A stretch of 64,000 bases of DNA from Octopus sinensis (lineage: Eukaryota), in the NCBI RefSeq assembly GCF_006345805.1, contig NC_042998.1, forward strand, positions 90,520,001 to 90,584,000. Reading direction: 5' to 3'. Positions within the stretch are counted from its first letter, which is position 1. Every line of letters starts with the position of its first letter. Position numbers and translations under genes: made by a program. The notes under the pieces were generated by a model. The model had not been told where the DNA came from and did no database searches. It saw only the letters and a program-made list of their open reading frames with translations. Positions 38,494-51,911 of the stretch are shown piece after piece.

Positions 38494-39219
38494 CCCTGTT
38501 TCATAACCCATGTGTTCCCATACTTGGCTATGACTTCCTCAGCGATCACTCTCTCTTTCTCTCTCTCTCTAAAATTTGTAAACATTCTCTTGTTTTATAA
38601 CTTGTGTCTTTCTCATTCTTGTCCTGATTTCCCCCAGTGATAGCCTTTCAAGTCTCTCTCTCTGTCTGTGCCTCACTAGTGTTTTATTACTGCTATTTTT
38701 ATTTACTGAGGTGAAGCTGGCCATTTATTTGACCACTTCCGGCTGTAGATTATATAAAGAACTCTTTACACATGGTTTTCCAAACTTTCACATTGCTTGC
38801 TCTGGTGTTGACACTATTATACCATGTGAAATGACCAGCTAAGCTAAGAAATTTCTCTAGTTTTTGATCGTTCATCATGCATTCATCTAACTTGTAATGT
38901 TAATGTGATGTACTTTGATTTAAAATAATTTTTGAAACTTGTAATCCTTTAATTCTTCAGAAATCATAATTTTTTAAATCCTTGCAATATTCTTTCCCTG
39001 TTTCATAATTTACGTGTTCCCATACTTTGCCATGATTTCCTCAGCGATCTCTCCCTCTCTCTCTAAAATTAATAAACATCCTCTCCTTGTTTTATAACTT
39101 GTCTTTTTCAATATTGTTATGATTTCCCCAGCGATAAAGTCTTTCTAGTCTTTCTCTCTGTCTACCTCACTAGTGTCTTCTAACTGCTATTTCTGTTTCC
39201 TGAGATGAAACTGGCCATT
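38494..39219 (+). repeat. Diverged ~230-bp direct repeat (38494-38725 and 38996-39219)
   Basis: Both copies read ccctgtttcataa...gtgttcccatactt...ttcctcagcgatc...ctcactagtgt...ctggccatt. Confidence 0.85.
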
Positions 39220-42200
39220 GCTTGTCCGCAATGCGCCCACCCATTCCTGCCCTCACCACTTATACCAGAAATCTTGTACGGAAAACCTCTATAGGGCCCT
39301 GCCTCGCTGCTGTACCAGAAGACTTGCATACCTTCATAAATCCCTCCCTCCCTACCACCACTAATCATCCACATTACTGCATGCACCAAAAGGAGATATG
39401 TTACTTAGTAAATTAACAAACCTCTTTCTCTGTATATTTATAATGGACTAACCAATAGCACCTCATTTACTTATTTAATTTAAACATTGACCTATTTATA
39501 TTTGTAGCAGTAACACTTATATTTACAATGCTCATAGCACTTTTATTTACAATGCTTACATTGCACTCACTCCTAATAGGGACAACAATTTTAACATATT
39601 TGAATGGTGGTGGGTTAAAGCAAGAACAACTTACGTCTGTAATCAAACAATCATTGAAACCTTCTTTTCAGGTGCTGAATACCATCTCTCCTTCTCATGT
39701 TCCTTCCCATGTCCCTTTCCCAATTTTCAGATTTGGTACTATCAATGTAAGCACATTGAAAGGTAGGTCTAGTGGGATTGTTGAGATACTTGAATGGAGG
39801 TGTGTGGATGTATGTTGCATCCAAGAGGTAAGGTGGAGAGGAGCTTCAGCCAGGTTCGTCATAGGCAAGACACAGGTATAAAACCTTCTGAGAAGTAACA
39901 GCAATGGGGTAAGTGGTGTGGGCATACTTCTTGCAGAGAAATGGGTGGATAAGGTCATAGAGGTAATTAAAGTGTGCAATAGAGTACTTAAGCTCAGGCT
40001 GGTCTTGAAGAATAGTATAATGACAATTATCTCTGCTTAGGCCCCTGAAATTAAGAAGGAACAAAGTTACTGGAGTTCTGTGATGCAAATAACCTACTGA
40101 TTTGAAACACCAATTTCAGGAAGCCAACCAGTTACCTGATAACCAACAAATCAGGTGACTGTGCTAGCCAGATCGATTAGAAACAAGCCTGGAAGGCCTG
40201 GGGTAGCAGGGAACTGTATCAGATAGCCATAAGGGAAGCTAGGAGACAGGTATATCTAGCCAAGGGAGAAGCAAAAAAGAAGTTTGCTTATGTTAAGTGA
40301 CATGACGACCAAAGAATTGAAGTGTTTCGGATTGCAAGACAGTGTATGAAAGAAAATTGTGATGTCATAGGAGAGAAATGTGTCCACATGGATGATGGTG
40401 CACTTGCATTCAATAATTCTGCAAAGAAAGAAACTTGGAAATGCCATTATGAAGAACTGCTGAATGTGGAGAATGAATGAGTGGAGGAGAGTCTGCCAAA
40501 TGTTGACCCAATTGAATGACAAGCTACTCGAATTGACAGTACCTTGGTAGATAAAGCAATTAAGGATATGAAGATAGGGAAAGACCCCCCCTCCCGCCCA
40601 TTAGGAATCACCACTGAAATGCTTAAAATATCTGGTGGTGTGGGTTATGGTCTAATCACCCATATTGTAAATCAGGTGGTTCACAAAAAATCATACCCAA
40701 TGACTGGTGTAGCAGTGCCTTAGTCAACTGCTACAAAGGTAAAGGTGATGCCTTGGGCAGAAATAATTACAGAGGTATCATATTATTGGATCTGATGATG
40801 AAAGTTATGGAGAGAATCATAGCCCAACTAATTAGGGAGAGAGTAAGTCTAGATGAGATGCAGTTTGGTTTTGTGCTAGGGAGAAGTACCACTGATGCTA
40901 TATTTCTGGTAAGGCAGTTGCAGAAGAAATAACAAAAGCCAAGTACAGAGGTTTATCTTTGGCTGACTTGGAGAAAGCCTTTGGTAGGGCCTCCCAATCC
41001 CTTATCTGGTGGTCAGTGTGGAAACTCGGATAGACAAGTGGTTGGTGAGAGCTGTACAAGCTCTGTACAGGGATGCTACCAATAAGGTGAGTGTTGGCAT
41101 TAAGCGAAGAATTCAGAGTACAAGTAGGGGTTCACCAAGAATCAGTGCTCAAACCCTCTTGTCCATCATAGTCCTCCAGGCAATAAGAGGAATTCAAGAC
41201 AGGCTGCCCCTGGGAGCTTCTCTATACTGATGACCTTGTTCTTATAGCTGAATCCCTACTAGAGAGGTAGTTGCAGGCATAGAAGTGAGGTCTAGAATTG
41301 AAGGGCCTTAGAGTTACCCTAGCAAAAACCAAAGTCTTAGTAAGTAGGAAGGCAGACAAATCACAAATCCCTTCAAGTAGATGGCCCTGCTTGATCTGTA
41401 GAAAAGGCATAGATAGAAACTCCATAAGATGCACCTGGTGTGAGCTTTGGACACATAAGAGGTGCAGCAATATCAGAGGATGGTTAACAGGGAAAATAGC
41501 TTTTGTGTGTGGAAGATGCATAGGTACAGGGGGATAAACTTGAGGTAGTACATAGCTTCCATTATCTAGGTGACCAAGTTAGTAGCGGAGGTAGATGCTC
41601 CAAGAGCGTAACAGTGAGAATAACATTAGGCTGGGCAGAGTTCAGAGAGCTGGTACCTCTGTTGGCAACAAAGGGCCTCCTTCTCAGAGTGAAAGGCCTG
41701 TAAGTGAATAGCTATGCTACATGGCAGTGAAACATGGGCTGTGACAGCCAAGGATATGTGTAGGCTTGAAAGAAATGAAGTCAATATGCTTTGCTGGATG
41801 TGCAATGTCAGTATTCACGCTTGACAGTGTAAGCATCTTGAGAGAAAAGTTGGGCATAAGAGGCATCAGATGTGGTGTGCAAGAGAGACAACTGTACTGG
41901 TATCGTCATATGATGCATATGGATGAGGACAGCTGTGTAAAGAAGTGCTGATTACTGTGGAGGGAACTTGTGGTAGAGGTAGACCCAGGAAGACATGGGA
42001 CAAGAGGGTGAAGCATGATCTTTGAACTTTGGGCCTCACAGAGGCAATGACTAGTGACCGAGACTTTTGGCAATATACTGCGCTTGAGAAGACATGTCAA
42101 GCCAGGTAATATTGTTGTGGCTGATGCTGGTGGCACATACAAAGCACCCTTCGAGCGTTGGGCCTCACAGAGGTAAAGTGACTGAGCTCCTTTCAAGTGT

Positions 42201-42484
42201 TGGGTCTCATGGAGGCAATGACTGAGACCTCTGACTGTGTTGTGCTTGAGAAGACCCATCAAACCAAGTAAAATTACAGTCATGGCAGATACCAATGTCA
42301 TGCAAATGGCACCCATGCCAGTAGCACGTAAAATCACCCATTACACTCTCAGAGTGGTTAGCATTAGGAAGGGCATCCATCTGTAGAAACCATGCCAAAT
42401 CAGACTGGAGTCTGGTGCAACCTTCCAGCCCTGGTCAAACCGTCCAACCCATGCCAGAATGGACAACGGATGTTAAATGATAAT
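38996..42484 (+). mobile_element. Near full-length, decayed RTE-clade LINE (APE, RT with PHD insertion, 3' tail)
   Basis: APE: FRFGTINVSTLKGRS...VDVCCIQEVRWRG, GVGIL, LLEFCDANNL, QID. RT: YKGKGDA..NNYRGI.LL, EMQFGF..GRSTTDAIF, DLEKAF, LLYTDDLVL, FHYLG, MLHGSETW, GRGRPRKTW. (GAT)n tail. Many stops, frameshifts and deletions; the 5' boundary is uncertain. Confidence 0.93.
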
Positions 42485-42494
42485 ATATTTTTGG

Positions 42495-42845
42495 ATTCAG
42501 TCCCATTATGCAACACTTTGGTAGGTGTCTAGAGTAGACTCCAGTGTCAGTTCAACTGAAGCTTTGTGAGTGGTTTTAATGGTTATAAACTTAAAGCTTA
42601 TTGTATGTGTGTGTGTGTCTCCTTGTCTTGACATTGTGTGCTAATTGTAAACAAGCATCACCTTCATAATAATAGTGTTATTCATTCACAATTGTCTGTA
42701 AAAGTGTGTCTAGCTATTACTTTGCTTAGAAACAGATGAGAGTTGGTGACAAGAAGGGCATCTGGTCATAGAAAATTTGCCTGGGTGAATTTCAAGTGAT
42801 CCATGCAGTCATGGTGAAATGGACATTAAAATGAGAATGATGATG
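42495..42845 (+). mobile_element. tRNA-derived SINE with RTE-type tail
   Basis: ttcagtcccattatgcaacactttgg...ttggtgacaagaagggcatctgg...ggacattaaaatgagaatgatgatgat. Confidence 0.7.
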
Positions 42846-43638
42846 ATAAAACTTACTATAAAACACTCAGCTGAATGAGTTGTCAGTTAAAATCTTATAT
42901 TGGCCATGCATAAAACCAGTTATTGTAGTGGAAGGTTGTAGTAAATATGACTCACCAGAAACAATACTGGTATTCACACAGGGTGGGGGAAAATTCAAAA
43001 TGGTAATGATTAAAATAATATTAAAAAAAAAAATTTTACAACTATTTCTATCATCTTTAAGATGTTGTAAGTTAAAGAAATAGGTCCTACTTCTTGAGAA
43101 AGGGTAATGTGTTTCCTCAGGACTAATTGCTTTGTTAGGTTGGAACAATTTTAGTTTTTGTTTATGACAACTGCACATACATGGTTGAGAGTGTGATAGT
43201 GGAGTTGGAAGCAAAGCTGGTGACTTTATTTATTTGCTGGACTGCAGTTTAGAGAGCTATTTTGGTTAGGAAGTGGTGAGTAGTAAGAATTCTGAAAAGT
43301 TAGCAGAGAACTTCTCAGTAAGGTAAAGCAGAATATTTCCTGACTAAAATAGGACTAAAGTAGAAAAAAAAGTAAAATTTTGATGTATTTGTGTGCTGTT
43401 GGGAAGTTGATAATTTTTAGATAGTCTTTGTCAAAATTTTCATTTTTGCTTACATAAGGCTTGCCAGAGATGGAAATATTTTTACTTGTAGGATATGATA
43501 TAAATATGGGCTATGAGCAAATGTTAAAAAAATAAAAAATGCGTGGAACATTATGAATGAAGTGCATGTCGTTGATTTGTTTATAAGAATGTAGTTGTAT
43601 ATTTTATCCACTTAGTTATTTCATCACTGAGTAGATCT

Positions 43639-43703
43639 CTCATCATCATCGTTTAACGTCCGTTCTCCATGTTAGCATGGGTTGGACGGTTCGACCGGGG
43701 TTC
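43639..43703 (-). mobile_element. Very short, young RTE 3' end insertion
   Basis: catcatcatcgtttaacgtccgttctccatgttagcatgggttggacggttcgaccgg with CpGs intact. Confidence 0.8.
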
Positions 43704-44511
43704 TATATATAAATAAGAAAAAAAGAATGTTACTAAGATGGTAATACGAAATAATGATGTATTCATGTCTCTTAATGCTAATAACTGATATTAGCCATTA
43801 TGTTGTTTGGAATTTACATCAGGATCTGTGCCAAATTATGATTAAAGCAATTAATTTGGAGTTAAATATAAAGATGTGCAAAGCTTAATGTCAAATCTCT
43901 CTTCATTGCTACAAGTAGATTTATGAGTAACTATACATTCAATTAATTGTTACTGCTTTTGCTTTGTACAAGGCCAACCTTCATCTAACAGACTTATAAT
44001 CAAAGTTGTTCCTGCTGCCACCATTCTATTGTTCTTTCAGATAGTGTATCTAGTACTTCATTATTTAAGGCATAATACATTTACTTTTTTCTTAAAGAGT
44101 GTGATTTGAGGCAGATTTGGTTGCTACTTCTATCTGGCTGAATGACCAATAGAAGATACCCCTTTGTGATTATTTTGGTATCCAACGTAGTCTTTGGAAA
44201 AATTTGTTATAATTCACAGCTTTTGAGTTTATACCCACCATCTAACCGAGGTCTATTAGGAGAAATATAGTTAAAATTTTAGTAGACAGTGACAACTCCA
44301 GACATGTTTTGACTTTATTAGATTTCTTCAGCAAAGCTCAGACACACATGTGTCTATATTGAAGAGGATACAGAAATATTTATGCAGAAAGAAATATTGT
44401 ACATATGCTGGGGTGGTAAAGCAATACAAAGCTATGAAGGAAAGTAACTTTGGGATATCATACAGGAAAATAAACAGTGAAATTAGTGCTAATGTATTTA
44501 TAGTAATGAAA

Positions 44512-44715
44512 GTGCTTGGCCTAGTGGTAAGTGTTGCACTCACAATCATATGGTTGTGGTTTCAATTCCTGGAACACTATTGTGTTCTTGAGCAAAACAC
44601 TTAATTTCACAATGCTCCATTTCATTCAGCTGTAAACGAGTAACCCTACAACAGATTTGTGTCCTGTTCAGAGAGAATGGATAACTGGCCCTATGAGTTC
44701 TAGGATTTGAGACAG
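44512..44715 (+). mobile_element. tRNA-derived SINE of a further family (CORE/V-domain-like)
   Basis: A box tggcctagtggtaa, B box ggtttcaattcc, then gtgttcttgagcaaaacacttaa...cagctgtaaacgagtaaccct...ggccctatgag. Confidence 0.65.
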
Positions 44716-47700
44716 TAATATGTGGTGAACACAATAACTTCTAGACTACCTATAATGAGAAGTAACTAAACCAAAGGCAAGAGTAGCAATGAATTCATGC
44801 TATTTTGGAAAATAGTTTTTGAATTTGAAGCATCAGTTGTTTGCTTTCTAAAAATACATTGATAATTTTGATGTGTAATTAGCAGTCAAAAGAGTAATGA
44901 TAGGGTGAGATAATTAGAAATTGATTCATTTCAGAATTTTCAGAAAATTGGATTTAACAGTAGAATTGACCAACAAAGTATTGTAAAATGTCCCATTTTA
45001 CAAACCTGTTTTTGTTGAAAGAAAAACAAGCTCCGTTTTTCTTTCTATATTACATTATTAAATGTCATGTGAATGTTTATTCTGCTAGTATATGATTTCT
45101 ATGATTCTCCTTACCTTCACTACCTATAGTCTCCTTGTGCATAGCAGACAATGGCATTGCTGTGAAGCCTTAATGCTTTCCAGTTATACCTATAAGAAAA
45201 AAAGAAATATTAATTTCTTATTACTTTTCTTTCTTTCCATTTCTCCTTTGTCAAAAAGCGTTTTTTTAAATCTTGTCACTCTTCAACTTAGCAATTAAGT
45301 TTTAATTAATTTACATAGGAATCCTGTAGTCTATTTCAAAGTAAATTCACATGGAACACAGAATGAGGAAAGTGACTTTCTGGTCAATACAGAAAATATC
45401 TGTTAGATTGATTCCATTTTGCAGTGAAAACTGTTTAATTGGCAAAGATTTATTCATGAACATTACTACAATTTCTAGCTCACATACATGTTCCTCTACT
45501 GATGTAGCCTCTACTCTTTTAAACTAGCTAGTTGCACACCCTCTCTGTCAATACCCCATCTCTGCTCCTTTGGTTAGTTATGGTTCACCCATGAGCCTTA
45601 TACTTTGTCCAGTCCCATTTTTCTCAAGTCAGCTATTCCCTAGAATACCTCTCCAACCTACCTTTTTCCTACAGACAAAAACTTACTGATATTCAAGGTG
45701 AACATCAATCATATTAGTTTCATCAGACTGGGTGGGATTTCAAGTTTTATGATCACTGCCCCCTCTCATGATCTGCCCATTAAAAAAAAATTCTGGGTAA
45801 GCAAATTCTAGAGTGCTTAGATTTAATAAAAATAAATGCGTGACATTCTCTATCATGGTCGTTGGTAATTGAAAAGAGTAGCTAATATGTAAACCAATAA
45901 AAATACACTCACTAACATACTCTTTTATGAAATTAAAGTTAAGTATTAAAAATTAAGCAATATAAATAAGTTTAGTTAATATGAAGTTTATAGCTGCTAT
46001 TTTCTTTGCAGAAAGAACTGAACTCAGAATAATCTAGCCGTTACCAGGATTATGTTTCTTTAGTTACCCACCCTGTGATTTATAAAGGGTTATATGCTTT
46101 TAGCTGCTGAAATAGTCACTTACTTTAATTAGAAATATCTATTATTTAGAAGTAGCCTCAGCTATGGAGTTTTGTTTGCAGTATTAGTTCCCTTGATAAT
46201 ACTACTCTGAATGATTAGTTTATTTATACCCCCAGCAGACAAGTTATAAAGGAAAGTCAAAAGAACAGATGTAACTTTATCAAAGGATACTGCAATTTTA
46301 TATTGAATCTAATATTGTCAGAGATCTGCAAATTATTTACTGAATTGAATCAACTCAAATGAAGACTAATAGCTTCCTCTGTTATACTGACTTCATTGAT
46401 AAATGCAAACAAAAATCATTTTTAAAAAGTTAATTTCTAATAAAAAAAAATTAATATTAAAATTGATGACTACAGAATATATTTATCAAACAATGTTACT
46501 TTTATATAAAAAAAATAAGGAATTCATTCATAACTACTGCAAGATTGGGGTAGATTAAACAGGGATTGAGTGCACATTACTATTTACTTAAGTTATTACC
46601 ATCTATAAAAAATTACTATTTTAGTAATTTTTTACACTGTATGTATATTTTTATGTATAGCTGGCATTTATATAATTTATAGTCTTTTCTCCCCTGTCTG
46701 ATTGTGATTTTCAATGGACATGAATTAGTGGTAATTAATATTGGCTTAAGTTACTGGAAATTCATTTTAAAAGGATTGCTTCAGAAAGAATGTGTGTCTT
46801 GATATTTTTTTCCTATAGCTTTTAAGAATCCCAATAGCTGAAATAAACCTAATCCAAAGAAATACTCATTGTTTAATGTTGTTGTCATTATTGTTGTTAT
46901 ATCTGCTATTTCTATGCTTACATGGGTTAGATGAATAGCTTTTCCTGTTAACCCTTATTTGCAAATAAGCTACTTGTTCTCTTAGGCTTTTCCACAATGA
47001 ACTACTGAACAACCATGTATATTTTTTTTTACCCCAGGTGTAAATATCAAAGCAAATTGGCAGGTACTCACTCTCCCCACTATATTATATAGATTGGTTA
47101 GTTGTTCATAGATAAAAAAAGAAAGATAAAAACACACTCTAAAACTTTTTTGGAACAATATTTTATGTTGTTGGTTATGGCTGGCTAGAAAGTGAATGTT
47201 GGTTTCACATTTATTGTTACACTCAGTAATATAGGCATATCATCAGACCTGCTGGTTGGAAGTACATAACCCTAAAGAGGTTAGGTACCTCTGGCTAGTG
47301 GATCTAATGAGTTGCCTTTATTAAGTGCAACAATAGATGTGAAACCAATTGCCACTTTTTGACAGGACATAACCAATGTTTACATAAAATAGATATCTTT
47401 GGTGTATCATACTAAATGTATATCATTTGAGGACATGAAGCTGTGGAATTGTCTGAGATAAAATTACATCATAGACTTATTGTGTTTTGAACAATTAGTT
47501 TTGGAAGCAATATAAGACGAAAATCATTGCTGCAGTTTCCATCCCTCAATTTCACTCACAAAGTAATTTTGTCATCCAGAGGCTATAGTAGATGCTCTCC
47601 CATGATGCCATGCAGCAGAAATTAGATTATAACCATAGCTGCAAAGCAAACATTTTAATCATATAGTTACTCATGCTGTTCATTTGTATACATATATATA

Positions 47701-48779
47701 CAACTGTGCAGAAAATGTCTAAAATAACATTGTTTTTATAGATAGTAATGGCTTAAGTGACTAGCAATGTACAGTCAATAATCACTATTTAATCTAATTT
47801 GATCTTCTTGTAATATGGATGTGTCACTTATAGCTTGAATGTCTACTGAAGCATTTTATACAAAATTGTATTAGTGGATCCAGTCTTCTTTATATTAAAC
47901 ATGACCCTACAGAGCATTATGTTATGAAAAAGGATATCAAGAATTTATAATATATAATCTAAAATGTATAAAAACTTGTTGAATTTAATATTACACAGGC
48001 ATCAGTGTTAGAGCAGCATTCTTTTTGTATGTGTGTGTATACATTGGATTAAAAGTAAGACTGGTCTTCCCCTGTCACTTCAGCTGTATGAATGATTCTG
48101 TTATATAAAACTGAATTTAATACTAAAAAAGAAATTTCTGTTTTGAAGTTGGCAATTATCCTTTTCAGTAATCTGTGAGTTCTGTAGAGAAACATAATAG
48201 TTTTGTTTTTGATGGGGATTTAACTTACCCTATATTAAATGTCTTGAAAACTGTTAACTGTTCATAGTAACATATTTGGTTATTTAAAAATTTTTCTTTT
48301 TAAATAAATTATCTTTTTGTATTACCAGCAGACAGTCATCTGCAATCTTTTTTTTATAACATTGCTATTAAATACAGTATAGTCTCCATTGATGATTATA
48401 TATTATTTTAATGTAATAACTCATAGAATTAAATTGTGTCAGTTGTTGCTTGTCCTACAATTATTGTAACAGAACCAAAATATTTTTCATTATTTTATGG
48501 TTTTTTTACAATCAATTTTATTTCTGAAGTTTAAACATTGCTTTTCTGAAGCCAACTATTTTGTGTTCTCTTTTTAATCATCTAATTTATTCAAGAATTT
48601 ATGTTAGACATATATTTGTATTCACTTGCTAATCAACTTTTAGCACAATAAAAATATGTAATTAATTAATACACTTGCATTATAAACCAGTTTATAGCCT
48701 CCATTACCTAGATAGCCTAATAAGAAATGGGGGCAGATGTTTTGAAAGCATCTTAGTAAGAATGGGGTGGGGTCGGAAT

Positions 48780-49220
48780 GTGGGAACTATTATATCTGCT
48801 GATAACAAAGGTATTGGCTGTGTATGTGTGTGAATGGGCTGCATAGTCATGAAAAATGATCATTGAATGTAGAGGGATATTCAAAGCCTGGAAATAAATG
48901 TGAACATGCTCTGAGCACAAATGGTTTGAGTAAAAAATCAGATGTAGTGTGCAAGGTAGAAGAGTGAGTTAGTACAATTGTGCAACTTGTATAGAGGATG
49001 ATGATTGTGTAACGAAATGCCAAGCACTGTAAGTTGAAGGAACCAATGAAAGAGAAAGATCTTGGAAGACATGTAAAGGAGTGTTGAAAGCTTATCTCAG
49101 GAGGCTGGACCTCAGAAAAGAGATGACAAAGGACTGTATCAAGTGGTAAAACATTGCAAAGGAAAAAGATCTGTCCAACCCATGCAAGTTTTAGAAGAAA
49201 ATATTATAAAATGATGATGT
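48780..49220 (+). mobile_element. Old RTE LINE 3' fragment
   Basis: Degenerate LHSHEK.., GR.R..WKT-like coding remnant; ends gtccaacccatgcaag...aaatgatgatg. Confidence 0.55.
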
Positions 49221-49347
49221 TGGAATAATTATTCCTTTTATTCAGAAAGTATGGCTATCAAACAATTTTTCTTCATAGATAAGTCATATTACAGTAAAGA
49301 TGTTTTTAGGGTAATAGAACACTAAATTAAGGGAAAATGTGTTTGTG

Positions 49348-49382
<35 letters not shown>

Positions 49383-50249
49383 TGCCCTTTAGTTGTAACA
49401 GAATATTAACATCATGTGAATTTACAATTTACTAAATGTTATACATTCCATTATTCTTCTCTTTGCCAAATGTGAGCAAGTTTTGTTTCACTGCCAAACG
49501 TTTCTCCATAAAGTTTGGAAACTTTTTCTTTCCTCCTTTGTTCAACTCAGATAGCTGTGTTAGCAGGTCTGCTGCCAAGTCCTTCACTATCCATTAGGCA
49601 TTCAACCGTATTCTCAACACTATTTTCCCATCTATTTTTCTTTTCTTTTGCTGTTTCCATTTCTTTTGTTGTTTCCATTTCTTTCCTCACCTCTTATTGA
49701 GGTATTCTTTTTTTCTCATTAACACTTTTACAGGCCTAGATGGCATCCTTGCTATTATTTTAATTGCTGTATCCAAAGAATAGTTTCTTCTATTAATTTA
49801 ACTAATAGGTTTATTCATGATAATAGTATTCTCAAAGTTTGATGTTCTGATCACCAACATTGTAATTTACTCTGAAAAGGAAAATGACTTTGAGACTGAA
49901 AGCAACAGAAAACTAAAAGCATTTCTATTAGAAATGGCTTTTAAAAATCAAATACATATTTTTTCAATTTGGATGAAATGGTTGCAATGAGATTTATACC
50001 TCTCTGAAAGCATTAGTGATATTAGTCATGTCAAAGAGTTATATCAAGGGACTGATACTAAAATAACAACGTTGTTGTGGTTTATTTAGTACTACATGGT
50101 ACATTTTGAATAAAATATTTTAGGATGTTGTAAGTCTGAGATGAGTATGAGATATTTTAGCTTCTTGTCTTTTTGGTGTTGCTGATTTGATGACGACTTA
50201 TTTGACATCAGACATTTTAATGTTTCTCTTGTTCTCCCCCCCTCTCTCT

Positions 50250-50301
<52 letters not shown>

Positions 50302-50496
50302 TTTCTGAAAGTAATATTTCCAAAAATGGTTTTGAAAGATATATAACCCTGGCAGTTACCTGTTATCGGTTCTCAATGCTGGCTAGCCACAGTGAGTGTT
50401 GGGGAAACTCAGGTTAGTTAAAATTTACTATACTCAGTTAATCCTCACTTAGTAAATCCAAATTTCCTTATAAGGACTGTATAGTTTCCGTAGAGA

Positions 50497-50775
50497 AAAT
50501 AAATTAATAAAGAACAGGAGAATGGAGATTGCACATTCAAGTTTTTTTACAGTTATTTACATCATTCATCACTAGACCTATGCATGTTTTCACTGCAAAC
50601 CACTGTACACTGATGAAGCTGTACTATAATTAACACCAAGATGCACACTTGTCAGTGTGCAGTAATTAGCAGCAGAAATGCATGTAGGTCTAAATGAAGA
50701 ATGATGTAAATAACTGTGTAATAAAACTTGGATGCGCAAATCTCCATTCTCCTGATCTTCATTAATTTTATTATA
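50497..50775. mobile_element. Penelope-like terminal repeat in inverted arrangement, with a hammerhead-ribozyme motif
   Basis: 50497-50596 is the reverse complement of ~50670-50770. CTGATGA...GAAA...GTA core at 50610-50686, followed by AATAAA. Confidence 0.7.
50610..50690 (+). ncRNA. Type I minimal hammerhead ribozyme-like motif (probably decayed)
   Basis: CUGAUGA 50610-50616; stem II GCUG/CAGC with inner helices (uaauua/uaauua and ugcacacu/agugugca); GAAA 50675-50678; stem III UGCAUG; cleavage triplet GUA ending at 50686. Stem I is weak. Confidence 0.55.
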
Positions 50776-51509
50776 CATATGTAGTTGAAATTTATAGAAA
50801 AACCAAAGTCAAAAACTGGTGTATGAACAACAAGCAAGTGTATTAGTTTTGACACTTGGGAAACATGAAAAAGTCTTTTATGGTTCGAGCCTACACTCTT
50901 CAAAAGAAAGTAATAAGAGGCAAAAACAGAAAGAGAATGAAAAACCTTTAGAGTTCATCATCTGCTTCTCTGTCTATGTGAATATTTTTTTATGCCTTTG
51001 AGGATAGGAAAAGTGTTTGTCAGTTATGTTCAATTAATAAATTGTAATATCCTTCCCTCTTTATCATTCTATCTGCATGTGTATATTTCTCTGTATTTGT
51101 GCATGTATAGTTACTGCAAGTATCAAAAAATACTGTCAGCAGAACACATTCACCATCCAACCAGCCATGCCAAACAGCCACGTGATATTGTTTCATTCTA
51201 ATCTAATACTTCTTTAAAAAATTCAAAGTCAAGTTGATTAGGTCTTTTAATTTAGGCCTGTATTTAAGAATTAAGAGCAAATTATATTTTTAAATGTGAA
51301 AAAAAGAGAAAATATTGTAAAATGTTTGAGATATTAGACAGCATTTTTAAAATGTTAAATTATATAGTTAAATTTGCTCCTGTGTGTACTATTATGTCAA
51401 GTGAGAACATGCTACAATGACTAAAGTATATAATAAATTTAATCATCTAATGCATAATTATTTATACCTTACATATACAAACTGGTAAATGATGATAATA
51501 GTTATATGT

Positions 51510-51907
51510 CACCAAGTGAAATTGTAGTCATGGCCAATGCCAGTGCTGTCTGGCATCCATGTCAGTGGAATGTAAAAAGCACCATTTGAGCATTGGGCCT
51601 CATGGAGGTAGTGATAGGTGACAAACTTTGGTGATACAACATGCTGTGTAGTCCTGTCAAGCCAAGTGAGACTGTATTTGTGGATGATATCAGTATTAAG
51701 TAAATGGCACCCTTGCTGGTGGCACATAAAAAACACCCACTATACTTAGTGGTTGGTGTTAGGAAGGACATCCAGCCATAGAAACCTTGTCAAATCATAT
51801 CAGAACTTGGTGCAGCTCCCTGGCTTACCAGTTTTCAGTCAAACTATCCAACCCATGCCAGCATGGAAAACAGACATTAAATGATGATGATGATGATGAT
51901 GATAATA
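51510..51907 (+). mobile_element. RTE LINE 3' tail
   Basis: ggttggtgttaggaaggacatccagcc...gcatggaaaacagacattaaa(tga)n. Confidence 0.88.
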
Positions 51908-51911
51908 ACAG

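Noticed and set aside
44190-44225. LWKN-like motif as the ABCA2 first coding exon
   Set aside because: It lies downstream of the TM1 exon, hits a stop immediately and has no start or donor context.
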